Source of the DNA: a virus
Lineage: Duplodnaviria; Caudoviricetes
Strand: one strand, 5' to 3'
IMG/VR virus record: IMGVR_UViG_3300017989_000087
Span: 1-64,000 of that record
Length of the DNA: 64,000 bases
Of this stretch, positions 1 through 9,427 are shown in pieces; the first letter of the stretch is position 1; each line of letters starts with the position of its first letter. Under the pieces are notes generated by a model. The model was given only the letters and a program-made list of their open reading frames with translations, did no database searches and was not told where the DNA came from. Made by a program: the position numbers and the translations under genes.

Positions 1-112
1 ACGTATATTTAATCATAGTAGTATAATCTATATTATTATACTTATATTATTTTTCCTTTATTATTGCTACTTCCTTATTGTTATTATATAATATATACTA
101 TATAATAATATA

Positions 113-484
113 TTATAGGTTAATCGCCCTCCTAACTGCCCATTCAGTTGTTCTGAATACATTTCCACCGATCAAAACTTCAATCGGATACTTTGACGCT
201 CTAGTATTTATTCCAATTATTTTTGCTTTCTTTCCATTCAGATATATTTCTCTTTCGAAATCATCTGAACTCAAACCATATTCGAAAGCATACTTTTCAA
301 ATTCCTTTCGCTTTGCTTCTTCTTTGTCCTTTGCATCAAACATAGACAATTTTATATTTGCCTTATTTGAGTCAAAGTTTATGCTTTCTATTTCAAAGCA
401 TACTCCTGCTGCTTCTCCAAAATTCTCTAGATATTCTTCAAGAGAATCTCTTAGAAAGACCAGCTTTTCTTTCGAGAAAACCAT
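113..484 (-). CDS. hypothetical viral protein
   Basis: 123-aa ORF in a run of tightly packed minus-strand genes; no recognisable motif. Confidence 0.7.
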   Translation of the reverse strand: MVFSKEKLVFLRDSLEEYLENFGEAAGVCFEIESINFDSNKANIKLSMFDAKDKEEAKRKEFEKYAFEYGLSSDDFEREIYLNGKKAKIIGINTRASKYPIEVLIGGNVFRTTEWAVRRAINL

Positions 485-679
485 TCAATCACCCAAATGC
501 TCTATACTGTTCATCCACCATTTCCCATCATTTGCCCATTGCTTTGCAGAACTCAAATACCATTCCATTTCAGGGTCGTCTAGATACCACTTTATTCTGT
601 CAATTGCGGTTTCTAGACTATCTATGGCATATCCAAGATTCTTTTCCTTTCTCTCTTTAATTGCTCTTTTGCTTACCAT
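485..679 (-). CDS. hypothetical protein
   Basis: 64-aa ORF abutting the next gene; GAGGTG RBS upstream. Confidence 0.65.
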   Translation of the reverse strand: MVSKRAIKERKEKNLGYAIDSLETAIDRIKWYLDDPEMEWYLSSAKQWANDGKWWMNSIEHLGD

Positions 680-704
680 TTTATTTCACCTCCCTCAATA
701 TTGT

Positions 705-893
705 TTAATCGAGATAGTGTTTTATATCTATCAAATCGGTTCTAGCATAAGAATATTTTGGACCAGCACTTATTATAATTCCCTCTAATACTTTCGTGCC
801 GTGATCAAAACATATACGATCACCAACTTTCCATCCTTCATCTTCAAGCATGTATATATTTTCTCTAACTCTTTGGCTCAAATTTTTCACCAC
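705..893 (-). CDS. hypothetical protein (possible SH3/KOW-like small beta domain)
   Basis: GTG start with GGAGG RBS; WKVGDRI..F....EGIIISAG pattern. Confidence 0.55.
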   Translation of the reverse strand: MVKNLSQRVRENIYMLEDEGWKVGDRICFDHGTKVLEGIIISAGPKYSYARTDLIDIKHYLD

Positions 894-1027
894 CCTCCAT
901 TGCGTTCTATCATTTCTTCTTCAAATTGCGGATCGTATCTTTCCTCTCTCCACATTCCTTCAAATAATTCTTCCTCTCTTTGGGTTTCGTCACTTCTGTC
1001 CTTTAAATTATTCTTTTCCTTCTTCAT
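887..1027 (-). CDS. small acidic protein (46 aa, not in ORF track)
   Basis: Read manually: GGTGGTGA RBS, MKKEKNNLKDRSDETQREEELFEGMW...NGGW*; overlaps next start. Confidence 0.5.
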   Translation of the reverse strand: MKKEKNNLKDRSDETQREEELFEGMWREERYDPQFEEEMIERNGGW

Positions 1028-1106
1028 TTGTTTTCACCACCTTCTCCAATATGGGGAGCGTTTATTTTCTACAATTAGCTTTATAAATCGTATTATCCAG
1101 AACATT

Positions 1107-1241
1107 TTAACCACATAGATGAATCAAAATATACAAAATAACGTATAACCATATTCCAGTTAAAAAAGCAAAACATATTGTATGCCATTCTCTAAGAGAG
1201 TTTCCACTCTCATCAAAACTCATTTCTTCTAGGGTTTGCAT
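1107..1241 (-). CDS. small membrane protein (44 aa, not in ORF track)
   Basis: Read manually: MQTLEEMSF...ICFAFLTGIWLYVILYILIHLCG*; hydrophobic C-terminus; fills the gap between genes. Confidence 0.45.
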   Translation of the reverse strand: MQTLEEMSFDESGNSLREWHTICFAFLTGIWLYVILYILIHLCG

Positions 1242-1242
1242 T

Positions 1243-1494
1243 CTATTCCCTCAACTGATTTATGTAATCAAACATAAATCTATCCTCATCCTTCCTAAGC
1301 TCTTTAAATCCTCTATTTGCCTTCATATACACTCTACCGCAAATACATAGAAGATATCTTCCTTTAGATTTAATCAATCTATTTCCGCATATTGGGCACT
1401 TGATTGATATAGATCCTTCAAATATCCTCCCCGAATTGTAGTAGTCTTTTTCGACCTCAATATTTCCCTCTAGTTCATCCTTCTTGAATGGCAT
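1243..1494 (-). CDS. zinc-ribbon protein
   Basis: CPICG...CICG motif; GGTGGTGA RBS. Confidence 0.7.
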   Translation of the reverse strand: MPFKKDELEGNIEVEKDYYNSGRIFEGSISIKCPICGNRLIKSKGRYLLCICGRVYMKANRGFKELRKDEDRFMFDYINQLRE

Positions 1495-1557
1495 TAAATC
1501 ACCACCTTCAGCCTAGTTTACACTATCCTTTAGAAAAAATTAAAAACTGGTGACACT

Positions 1558-1899
1558 TTACTCTAGAGCCACCAGTTCACTCTTTAGGCCTACAATTTGG
1601 GTTCCACTTACAAAACCAAATGCAATCTTAGGACTTCCTTCAATAGAGTGCTTATTCTGGAACTTGCTACCGTTGAAAGTCTTTACTGCATTTACGATTG
1701 AGGTTTCACCCTTCTTCAAATTAATCCCCATATTCTCTAATATAGGCACTAATTCGCTTACAGTATAGGCCTTATATTCGTCCCTATTCTCCATCAAATA
1801 AGTGTAGAGAGTCGTTGCGGTTGAAGTCTTATTTCCACCGCCCCTTTTAGACACTCTAAACTCATCTGATTCCTGTAGGTCATCTACCTTAAAAGGCAT
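1558..1899 (-). CDS. putative DNA-binding (winged-helix-like) protein
   Basis: GGAGGTGA RBS; LYTYLMEN..KAYTVSELV..L helical pattern typical of wHTH (inference). Confidence 0.55.
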   Translation of the reverse strand: MPFKVDDLQESDEFRVSKRGGGNKTSTATTLYTYLMENRDEYKAYTVSELVPILENMGINLKKGETSIVNAVKTFNGSKFQNKHSIEGSPKIAFGFVSGTQIVGLKSELVALE

Positions 1900-2504
1900 A
1901 GCTTTTCACCTCCTTCTAAATAGTTAGGACTATAGCTCATGCTATAACCCTTTTAAAAAATAGAAAGGGGTATAGCTCTCCAGTTGCCTAGAGAGTAGAT
2001 TCTAGAGTACCCTTATAAATGGTAGGCAGACCTTACACTAGGCCCGATCTAAAAGACCTTTCATCCTCTAGTTTAAACTAGAGTCGAGATCGTAGCCTCA
2101 GGGTTTATCCTGCTCTATGGCTGCTGCTAACAGACCCATAGTCAGGGGGCGTATGACTCACCGTCCTACCAGTTGACTCTTGTGATAAGGCGTAGTGGTA
2201 GTATTCTTATAATGGTTTTGTTTTTGCTACGCTTTATGACCCCAAAATATTGTAAGATTTACAAGATACTTATAAAGGACATAACCATAGAGCGTGGGTC
2301 TACCTCATGCCTGAAGGGGAAATCCTACTACTCCGCTTTATGTAGGTAGATACCGAACTATTCGATACCGAACTATTAACGATACGCAATGAAAATAAGA
2401 TAAATATAAAAAAAATATGATAAATAAAAGGGTGGGGGTAGTGGATTAATAAACATTGGTTATTCCACAAATTTATCCTTTTTTCAGTTTCTTGTAAATT
2501 TTAC
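1900..2504. other. divergent non-coding control region with palindromes, hairpins and a tandem repeat
   Basis: No credible ORF; lies between divergent gene blocks; 18-bp perfect palindrome 2066-2083; tandem GATACCGAACTATT at 2349 and 2364. Confidence 0.7.
2349..2377 (+). repeat. tandem 14-nt direct repeat GATACCGAACTATT x2 (partial third GATAC at 2381)
   Basis: Read directly in the sequence. Confidence 0.85.
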
Positions 2505-2523
2505 AAAGGAAAGTTTTTTATAT
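2505..2523 (+). promoter_or_regulatory. archaeal BRE-TATA late promoter AAAGGAAAGTTTTTTATAT
   Basis: Identical 19-mer also at 7948 and 11447; ATG 2545 lies ~22 nt downstream (leaderless). Confidence 0.8.
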
Positions 2524-2544
2524 TATCTCGCCAATCTAATTATC

Positions 2545-3018
2545 ATGCCGTATCAAAAGATAATGTACCAGATCTGGTGGTTCTTCTATCGGGTATTCTT
2601 CGTGCCGTGGGATATGACGTATGAGGAAACCATTGAATTCCTTGACACGCCCTTCAAGGTTCAGGCTTGGATGTATTCTAACCTGAAGTATAACTGGCTT
2701 GATATATTCAATACTTGGCAACCGCCGAGAGAGACATTTGAATCTGGTTGGGGCGATTGTGAGGATTGGGCGGTTTTCGCATATGAGTGCTTGAAGGATG
2801 ATTATGATTCTTGTGTTGTTGTCGTTTACCACATGATTGATGATATTAAATCTGGTCATGCGTTCTGTGCTGTTAAGGTTGATGAAGATGATTGGATTAC
2901 AGTCGGGACATTTGGGTTGAGAAAACACAAAGGAGAAACAGTTGAGGATTTCCTTGACTACTGGTATGAGGATTGGTCCGAGTATAAGATTTTGACCGAA
3001 GATGATTTGGACTTATAA
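2545..3018 (+). CDS. transglutaminase-like cysteine protease
   Basis: WQPPRETFESGWGDCEDWA (catalytic Cys), GHAFCAV (His), downstream Asp. Confidence 0.75.
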   Translation: MPYQKIMYQIWWFFYRVFFVPWDMTYEETIEFLDTPFKVQAWMYSNLKYNWLDIFNTWQPPRETFESGWGDCEDWAVFAYECLKDDYDSCVVVVYHMIDDIKSGHAFCAVKVDEDDWITVGTFGLRKHKGETVEDFLDYWYEDWSEYKILTEDDLDL

Positions 3019-3070
3019 ATGTTTCCTTGGTGTCATTTCATGGCATTTTACCCAATTGTTAAACCAATTT

Positions 3071-3088
3071 AGGAAAGATTTATAAATA
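3071..3088 (+). promoter_or_regulatory. BRE-TATA promoter variant AGGAAAGATTTATAAATA
   Basis: ATG at 3110 lies ~22 nt after the TATA box. Confidence 0.6.
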
Positions 3089-3109
3089 CTGTTGAACTAT
3101 AGTTTATTT

Positions 3110-3532
3110 ATGCCACTAGATATCACAGATAGTTTGGATACGGAACAGATTCTCAGCAGGATGACGGAAAAGGACGCAAGGCAGAAAATGCTGGATATGC
3201 TTGAGAATGTTGAACACGAATTGGAACAGGCAAGCTCACCAAACCTAAGAGAGAAACTGTTCTATCGAAAGCAGCAAATTCTTGAATGGATATACAATCA
3301 CCCAGACCCTCCCGAAGAGGTTGATGTTTCTCAGAATTTCAGGAACATGCTTGAGACGATGAGGGATGTGCTTGGTCCTACTGGCGTTGAATATATCATG
3401 GCAAAATTTGATGCAAGGTATGGGGATAGTGTTGCGAAGGAGAATGCAAAGAAACTTTTGAATGGTGAAGAGTTTGAAACCAGCAGGAAGAAATATATCG
3501 AGAAGAGGATGAGGCAGGTGATGGGTCTTTGA
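3110..3532 (+). CDS. putative terminase small subunit
   Basis: Helical ~140-aa ORF immediately upstream of and overlapping TerL; positional call; ATG 3110 preferred over TTG 3092. Confidence 0.5.
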   Translation: MPLDITDSLDTEQILSRMTEKDARQKMLDMLENVEHELEQASSPNLREKLFYRKQQILEWIYNHPDPPEEVDVSQNFRNMLETMRDVLGPTGVEYIMAKFDARYGDSVAKENAKKLLNGEEFETSRKKYIEKRMRQVMGL

Positions 3533-5013
3533 GTTTACCCACGGCGATTGAACTCAACAGGGCGTTTTCAGATCCAGTTTATTTTGCCGAGAACATTTTG
3601 AATGTTCATGACATATATCCATACTGGAAAAATGTTCTGAGGGAATTCTACAGCCGTGATGAAGAAGGCAATGTTAAATATCGTGAGCTTGTGGCCTGTG
3701 TTGGGATGGGTTCTGGCAAAACATATACCGCAGCTATCATAACATTATTTGAGTTTTTTCAACTTATCATGTTTGACTCTCCGCAGGAGCATTACAATTT
3801 GTCTAAGGCTTCGCCAATCTACATTGTCAACTGTGCCAAGTCTGAAGCACAGGCAAAGTCAACTGTATTTGGTGCTGCCAAGAACTTCATTCTTGACTCT
3901 CCGTTTTTTCTTGATTTGATAAAACGTGGAAAGATAAAGCAGAGGCACAATGAATTTGAGCACGTTGACAAGAGGGTATTCCTGAAATCGGAACATTCAC
4001 ATTCTGGTTCACTCGCTGGAAAGAACTCGAAGTGCGTTGTTTTTGATGAGCTTGCGAAACTTGATTTTACTGCGTCTGGCGAATCTGCTGCTGATGAGGT
4101 TTATGCAATTGTAACCAAGGCAACTGGTAGGTTTGGTGTTGATGGCAAGATTGTTTCTATCTCTTCGCCAATATCAACCAACGATAAATTTTATAGCCTT
4201 GTAGAGAAGGGGAAGAAGAACCCAAATCTAAAGATGCTTGTCATACATAAACCAACATGGGATGTTGTCGATTTGAATGTCAAGCCCGAATATGCGTTTG
4301 ACTCAGACATGATGATAGCAGAGAGGGAAAAGGATTATGATAAGTTTATGCGTGATTATGGAGCACAGCCAATGGGAAGGGTTAGACCATTCTTTCCCGA
4401 TGTCAAGCCGATAAAGGATTGTGAGGAAAACAGAGAGAACCCGATTGAGCTTGATAATGATGGAGATCCAACTCTTGCCGATTGGTTTAAACCCAAGGAT
4501 TATATCTATGTGGTTGCTGGTGATCCTGCATTGAAGCGTGATGCCTTTGGTCTTGCTATGGGGCATCTTGAAGGCGAGAACATAGTTGTGGATTTTGTGA
4601 CCAAGTTCCAAAGGTTGGGCGAAGAGAAAGAGATTGATGTAAAGAAAGTAAGAGAATTTGTGATGTCTCTTCTCGACAGAGGTTTCAATATTCTCATGTT
4701 TGTCACAGATATTAAATCCTATCCAGAACTTTTCCAAGACCTTGAGTTTCGTGGAGTTGAAGTTAAACAATCATTCGTGAAGAAAGAAACGTATGACTAT
4801 CTCAAGGAAAGGATGAACCTGAATGAGATACTATATCCCAAGAATCCAGACCTTGTGGATGAACTCAGACACCTTGAACTTATGTCCGCAAGGAAGGTTG
4901 ACCATCCCAAATATGGTTCAAAAGACATGGCAGATGCTTTGGCAAACGTGGCATTTTTCGTAAAAGATGCCGATATTGAGCCTCCGAAGTGGGTGTTTGT
5001 GGACAAATGGTAG
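3529..5013 (+). CDS. terL: terminase large subunit
   Basis: Walker A VGMGSGKT, Walker B CVVFDE, coupling motif SISS, RNase H-like nuclease AGDPA...SKDMADA. Confidence 0.93.
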   Translation: MSLPTAIELNRAFSDPVYFAENILNVHDIYPYWKNVLREFYSRDEEGNVKYRELVACVGMGSGKTYTAAIITLFEFFQLIMFDSPQEHYNLSKASPIYIVNCAKSEAQAKSTVFGAAKNFILDSPFFLDLIKRGKIKQRHNEFEHVDKRVFLKSEHSHSGSLAGKNSKCVVFDELAKLDFTASGESAADEVYAIVTKATGRFGVDGKIVSISSPISTNDKFYSLVEKGKKNPNLKMLVIHKPTWDVVDLNVKPEYAFDSDMMIAEREKDYDKFMRDYGAQPMGRVRPFFPDVKPIKDCEENRENPIELDNDGDPTLADWFKPKDYIYVVAGDPALKRDAFGLAMGHLEGENIVVDFVTKFQRLGEEKEIDVKKVREFVMSLLDRGFNILMFVTDIKSYPELFQDLEFRGVEVKQSFVKKETYDYLKERMNLNEILYPKNPDLVDELRHLELMSARKVDHPKYGSKDMADALANVAFFVKDADIEPPKWVFVDKW

Positions 5014-5074
5014 CAAATTAAGGAAATATTTTTAAATAATAAAATATATATTAACAATAACTGCATGTGGTTTT

Positions 5075-6418
5075 ATGACATCCTTCACCGAAAAAATTAG
5101 AGAACTCGCACAAGTTCCCCGTGATGCTAAACCAAAGATGGTGAGAGTGCCTTGGGGAGACTCTGAATCATATTACACAAAACGTGAGGAAGAGTATAAA
5201 GGAATGAATAAGTATTGGGCAGAATACAGACGTTCTTCAATAGTCAGACAGTCATTAAATTTGCTTGGCTATTTTGCTATCCACTCTGGCTTCAGGATTT
5301 CAGCCGTTGGTGGATCAAAGAGATATAACACAAAGATATCAAAATACTTGAATGATCTTTCTAGACGGGTACACCTTGAAGATGCAATCTTTATTGGTGT
5401 AATTGGAAAAATGATTTGGGGAAGATTTGGTTTCGAGATAGTTAGAAATGGCGACAATGAAATTGTCCATCTATTACCCCTGTTTCCGGGCGAGAACTTG
5501 ATTCCCAAGTTTGACGAGAACAACATCCTGAAAGGGTTTACTTTCAAGATGGGCGGTGGCAGGAAGATAGAATACGAACCCGAAGAGGTGCTATTTTTCG
5601 TTGAAACTTCTCTGGATCACAAGATGAAAGGATTATCAAGGATAGAACCTATACTCACTCCATGTGAGATTAAGAGAAGACTTTATCAAGACCTGAAGGA
5701 AGCAAGCAAACGTTTGTGGTCTCCGATAGGAATATTCCAGCTTGATACAAGCAGGGAGAAAGACCCAGACAAAAAGGAAGAAGCCCTCAGAGAATTCAAG
5801 AACCAGATGGAACCGGGCAAACCAATTGTCACTAATGCATCGGTTAGTGGTCAGTTTCTTAGTGCCATGCCCGATGTTGAGAGAATCGTTAGAGCCATTG
5901 ATAAAGTTGATGAAGAGATTATGGGAAACTTTGGTATACCAAAAGCGTTGCTATCAAGAGAGAAAACAATGAACAGGGCAACTCTGGAGTATTCTCTTGT
6001 TGCTTTGTACCAATCTCAGATTGAAGGAATACAGAGGTATGTCGGAAGAGAAATTGAACAGCAGTTGCTTGAGATGGTCAAGGATGATGTTGTTGGAAGC
6101 AACGGCAGTACAATAACATGTGAACTTGTTTGGAATCCAAGAAACTCTCTAGAGATGGATAGACAGTTCGGACCAGCTATAACACTCTATTCGCTTGGGT
6201 TAATTGATGCCGAATATCTTTATGATATGTTGAGTTTGGATAAGAACAGGATGCCAGAATATATAAAGAAAGCTGAAGAGGAATATGAAGGTGGAGTTAG
6301 ATATTCCCCAGATGTTTTGAGAGCATCTTTAACTGAAGCGTCAAGAAATGAGGAAGCGAAGGTGCGAGAAGCTATAAGCAAAGTAGTGAAGGATACTAGT
6401 GAGGAAAATGCCATATAA
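5075..6418 (+). CDS. portal protein
   Basis: Follows TerL; IWGRFGFEIVRN..L.PL..., GLSRIEP, FGIPKALL patterns of portals. Confidence 0.88.
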   Translation: MTSFTEKIRELAQVPRDAKPKMVRVPWGDSESYYTKREEEYKGMNKYWAEYRRSSIVRQSLNLLGYFAIHSGFRISAVGGSKRYNTKISKYLNDLSRRVHLEDAIFIGVIGKMIWGRFGFEIVRNGDNEIVHLLPLFPGENLIPKFDENNILKGFTFKMGGGRKIEYEPEEVLFFVETSLDHKMKGLSRIEPILTPCEIKRRLYQDLKEASKRLWSPIGIFQLDTSREKDPDKKEEALREFKNQMEPGKPIVTNASVSGQFLSAMPDVERIVRAIDKVDEEIMGNFGIPKALLSREKTMNRATLEYSLVALYQSQIEGIQRYVGREIEQQLLEMVKDDVVGSNGSTITCELVWNPRNSLEMDRQFGPAITLYSLGLIDAEYLYDMLSLDKNRMPEYIKKAEEEYEGGVRYSPDVLRASLTEASRNEEAKVREAISKVVKDTSEENAI

Positions 6419-7925
6419 CAAGATAAGCGATTTGCCCGAAAGCATTAGAAATTCGTTGCCCGAATCTGCCCAGAAGATATTTATGAACGCTGTTAACAGG
6501 GCACTAGATAAAGGATGGAATGATGAGAAAGCATTTAAGTATGCTTGGGGTGCTGTTAAGAGGCGTTTCAAGAAAGAGGGCGACAAGTGGGTAAAGATGT
6601 CTGACGAAGAAGCAATAAAGAATCTTGATATGAGCAAGGAACACAAGAACAAGATCATAGAAATGCTTGCTCAATTCGAAACTCTTTCAATTAAGGATGT
6701 CAAAGAAAAACTTGCGGGAAGGATTGACACAGCAGATACATCTGACATTGATCCAAGAGAATTTGTTCCACCGGGTAGTGGTGCTGGTACAGGTGGGATA
6801 TGCAAATGTCCCAAATGCGGTAAAGAAGTTCAGCACACACGCAATCAACCCTGTACTTCAATGAAATGCCCTGAATGTGGCACAACAATGCAGAGAAAGG
6901 CAGAACAGTCAAACGAAGACTACACAGATCTGCAACATACTTACAGCTCTATTAAAGACCAGATGCTCCTTGTTGAGAACCATATACAGATGTACAGAGA
7001 TGACAAGGACAATGAGGTTTGCCATAGTTGTATAAAAAAGAAGCATCTTCCTACCATTCGTGCATTGTCTAGAGAGGGAACGTCATTCGTAAAGGATTCT
7101 GATGAAAAGGAAAGGTTCAGAACTTATGTTGATACGATGACAGACCTTATAGACAACTATGAGGAAGATGTTGTATATCTGAATTCTTTGCAGGATAAGA
7201 TACGTGATATGAGAAAAGATCTGGACATGAATTTGATTCCAGACGGTATTGGTGTCTTATCCGATAAAGCTATGGAACTTGGTCTAGTTCCAGAGAAGGG
7301 TGTTTCTGGATTTGATGAAAAGACAGAAAACAAAATACCAGAAGAATATAAATTCTGGATAGTTGAGGATGTCTCTGAAAGAAAATCCGTGAGAAACAAA
7401 TTGGCTGAAGCTATCAAAAAAGATTTGATTGATGTTGACCTTGGGAATCATACGATTCCAGTTGATATGCCTGAAGATATTGACAAGCATATTAGAGAGG
7501 TTGAAGACAGTCCCAAGAATACAACCGTGTGGACATACAATCAAGAGTCTGACAGGATAGAATTTGAGGGAACTCTTCTATCATATGGTGCATGGAACGG
7601 ATACTACTATCCTCCAAATGTTGTTGATAACTTTGATGCAAATGACATTGTTGGTTTGCCAGTTAGATATGGTCATAGCGAACCCGATATTGGAGAGGTA
7701 ACACATGCCATCAACAAAGATCATAATATTGTGATAAGGGGATGGATTGATGATCCGAAGATATGCAATGGTATAAGAGATAAACAATGTCTTGGATTAT
7801 CACCAAAACTCTTGTTTAGAGCCAATGATGATAGAAAGACAGTTACCCATATTCTCAAGATGATTGAGGCTTCTGTCGTTGAAAACCCTGCTTGCAAGGT
7901 ATGTTTCATAGACAATACCCACTAA
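6408..7925 (+). CDS. ChaB-domain / zinc-ribbon / prohead protease fusion
   Basis: N-term MPY..ISDLPESIRNSLPESAQKIF...AFKYAWGAVK (ChaB); CKCPKCG...CPECG; C-term GLPVRYGH..IGEV...GLS...EASVVENPAC (HK97-type protease His/Ser). Confidence 0.8.
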   Translation: MPYNKISDLPESIRNSLPESAQKIFMNAVNRALDKGWNDEKAFKYAWGAVKRRFKKEGDKWVKMSDEEAIKNLDMSKEHKNKIIEMLAQFETLSIKDVKEKLAGRIDTADTSDIDPREFVPPGSGAGTGGICKCPKCGKEVQHTRNQPCTSMKCPECGTTMQRKAEQSNEDYTDLQHTYSSIKDQMLLVENHIQMYRDDKDNEVCHSCIKKKHLPTIRALSREGTSFVKDSDEKERFRTYVDTMTDLIDNYEEDVVYLNSLQDKIRDMRKDLDMNLIPDGIGVLSDKAMELGLVPEKGVSGFDEKTENKIPEEYKFWIVEDVSERKSVRNKLAEAIKKDLIDVDLGNHTIPVDMPEDIDKHIREVEDSPKNTTVWTYNQESDRIEFEGTLLSYGAWNGYYYPPNVVDNFDANDIVGLPVRYGHSEPDIGEVTHAINKDHNIVIRGWIDDPKICNGIRDKQCLGLSPKLLFRANDDRKTVTHILKMIEASVVENPACKVCFIDNTH

Positions 7926-7947
7926 AACTTTCAAAATAGGCCAAAAT

Positions 7948-7968
7948 AAAGGAAAGTTTTTTATATAC
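7948..7968 (+). promoter_or_regulatory. late BRE-TATA promoter (19-mer copy 2)
   Basis: AAAGGAAAGTTTTTTATAT, identical to 2505. Confidence 0.8.
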
Positions 7969-8047
7969 AAACCGACATATAGGTATCTGTGATGGTAATT
8001 GATAATATCATCAAACTATAAACCAGTAATGAAAAACCGTGATACAC

Positions 8048-9004
8048 ATGACAGACAATCCCACAGAAGAGTATATAATACTTGAGGGAAAGGATGTTAA
8101 ATATGTTGTTCTTGGTGACGAAGGGGAAGTAGATAACTTGGAAGACAATGAACAGGAAAACGATACAGAGGACGAACTTGAAGAGTGGAGCACAGCCTAT
8201 ATCAACGATTTACCAGATTCCGCTTTTGCGGTTGTAGAACCGTGTGCTGATGAACGTAAGGATGCTAGACATCTACCATATAAAGATAAAGATGGGTCTA
8301 TAGATGAAGAGCATCTACAGAACGCTCTTGCAAGAATGAACCAGATAAAAGCAGTTTGTGAAGGGTCGTCCACCGAATCACTACGAGACAAGGCCGAGAA
8401 AGTTTTAGTACCACTTGCAAAGAAACACTTCCCAGATTCAAAATGGGCCAAGAACGATGATGAAGAAGATTCTTCCCATTCTGTGGGCATGTCAGATGAT
8501 GTCGAAGGTGATAATATGACCGAAGATAATAAGTCTGATGAGTTGGAGTCTGTCAAGAAGCAGCTTGAGGAAAAAACTTCCGAGTTAACCGAGAAGGAAA
8601 AGAAACTCAGCGAAGCACTTGAAACCATCAAGAGTATCGAAGAGAACCGTATCAAGGAACTGGCTTCCAAGGTATTTGAGCTTGAATCTAAGGTTATGGA
8701 TGTTGATGAGGACAACAAGGGCGAGAGAGTATCAGAACTCACAAGCATGGGTGAAAATGCGCTCAAGTCTCTGTTTTCCACATATGAGACTCTTGTAGCC
8801 AAGCAAAAGGAGACCGAGAACTCCGATGCAAACCCGAAGGCAAAGAATCTGTCTGAGAATACTTCAGAAGATGAACTGTCTGAGGATGAGAAGCTTGGTG
8901 AACTTAGAGAAAGATATTTTGGGCATTCAAAGCCGTCAACCAAGATTATGGCACTCTCAGAGGATTCTGATGGTACTGTGCGTTACGTGGATGTAGGTGA
9001 GTGA
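8048..9004 (+). CDS. capsid scaffolding protein
   Basis: Acidic, coiled-coil C-half; N-terminal WSTAYINDLPDSAFA..RHLPY module seen in head morphogenesis proteins; between protease and capsid genes. Confidence 0.7.
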   Translation: MTDNPTEEYIILEGKDVKYVVLGDEGEVDNLEDNEQENDTEDELEEWSTAYINDLPDSAFAVVEPCADERKDARHLPYKDKDGSIDEEHLQNALARMNQIKAVCEGSSTESLRDKAEKVLVPLAKKHFPDSKWAKNDDEEDSSHSVGMSDDVEGDNMTEDNKSDELESVKKQLEEKTSELTEKEKKLSEALETIKSIEENRIKELASKVFELESKVMDVDEDNKGERVSELTSMGENALKSLFSTYETLVAKQKETENSDANPKAKNLSENTSEDELSEDEKLGELRERYFGHSKPSTKIMALSEDSDGTVRYVDVGE

Positions 9005-9009
9005 TTTAA

Positions 9010-9417
9010 ATGTCAATCGCTTCGGGCTCTGGATCAGTTATGAAAGAGTTTGACTTTATGGCTATTAAAGTAACACCAAAAGCAAGCACAGCTATCACAA
9101 AGGGTGAGGTTCTTGTTAATCCTAACGGAAATGGATGGGAACCTTCTTTTAGTGGTGCTCATGGGCCTTTTATGGTTGCTCTCGAAGACGTAGCTTCCGC
9201 TGCCTCTCCAAGTGATGTGTCTATGCTACGCAGAGGCGTAGTTAAGCTGACAGCACAGGCTGACACAACGGAAGGGCAATTCGTTAAGCCCGGATCTAAT
9301 AGCGGAGAGGTAACACCACTTTCTACTTTTGGTACTGCTGATCTTAAGGGCATTGTTGGTTCGGCCCTTGAGGATGTTGACGCTACCGAGTGTGGTAAGT
9401 TCCTCATAGGTTATTGA
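9010..9417 (+). CDS. head decoration/cement protein
   Basis: 135 aa, small-residue-rich (ITKGEVLV..GPFMVALED..VSMLRRGVV..TEGQFV), directly upstream of MCP. Confidence 0.65.
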   Translation: MSIASGSGSVMKEFDFMAIKVTPKASTAITKGEVLVNPNGNGWEPSFSGAHGPFMVALEDVASAASPSDVSMLRRGVVKLTAQADTTEGQFVKPGSNSGEVTPLSTFGTADLKGIVGSALEDVDATECGKFLIGY

Positions 9418-9427
9418 GGTGATATAA

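Noticed and set aside
78-1118. Plus-strand ORFs 78-788, 358-660, 801-1118
   Set aside because: Antisense to RBS-bearing, tightly packed minus-strand genes; Phe/Ser/Leu-biased shadow composition.
7992-8050. Second BHB intron joining leaderless ATG 7992 to the scaffold ORF
   Set aside because: A UGGU/ACCA central helix exists, but the predicted 29-nt excision leaves an in-frame TGA and the outer helix does not form.
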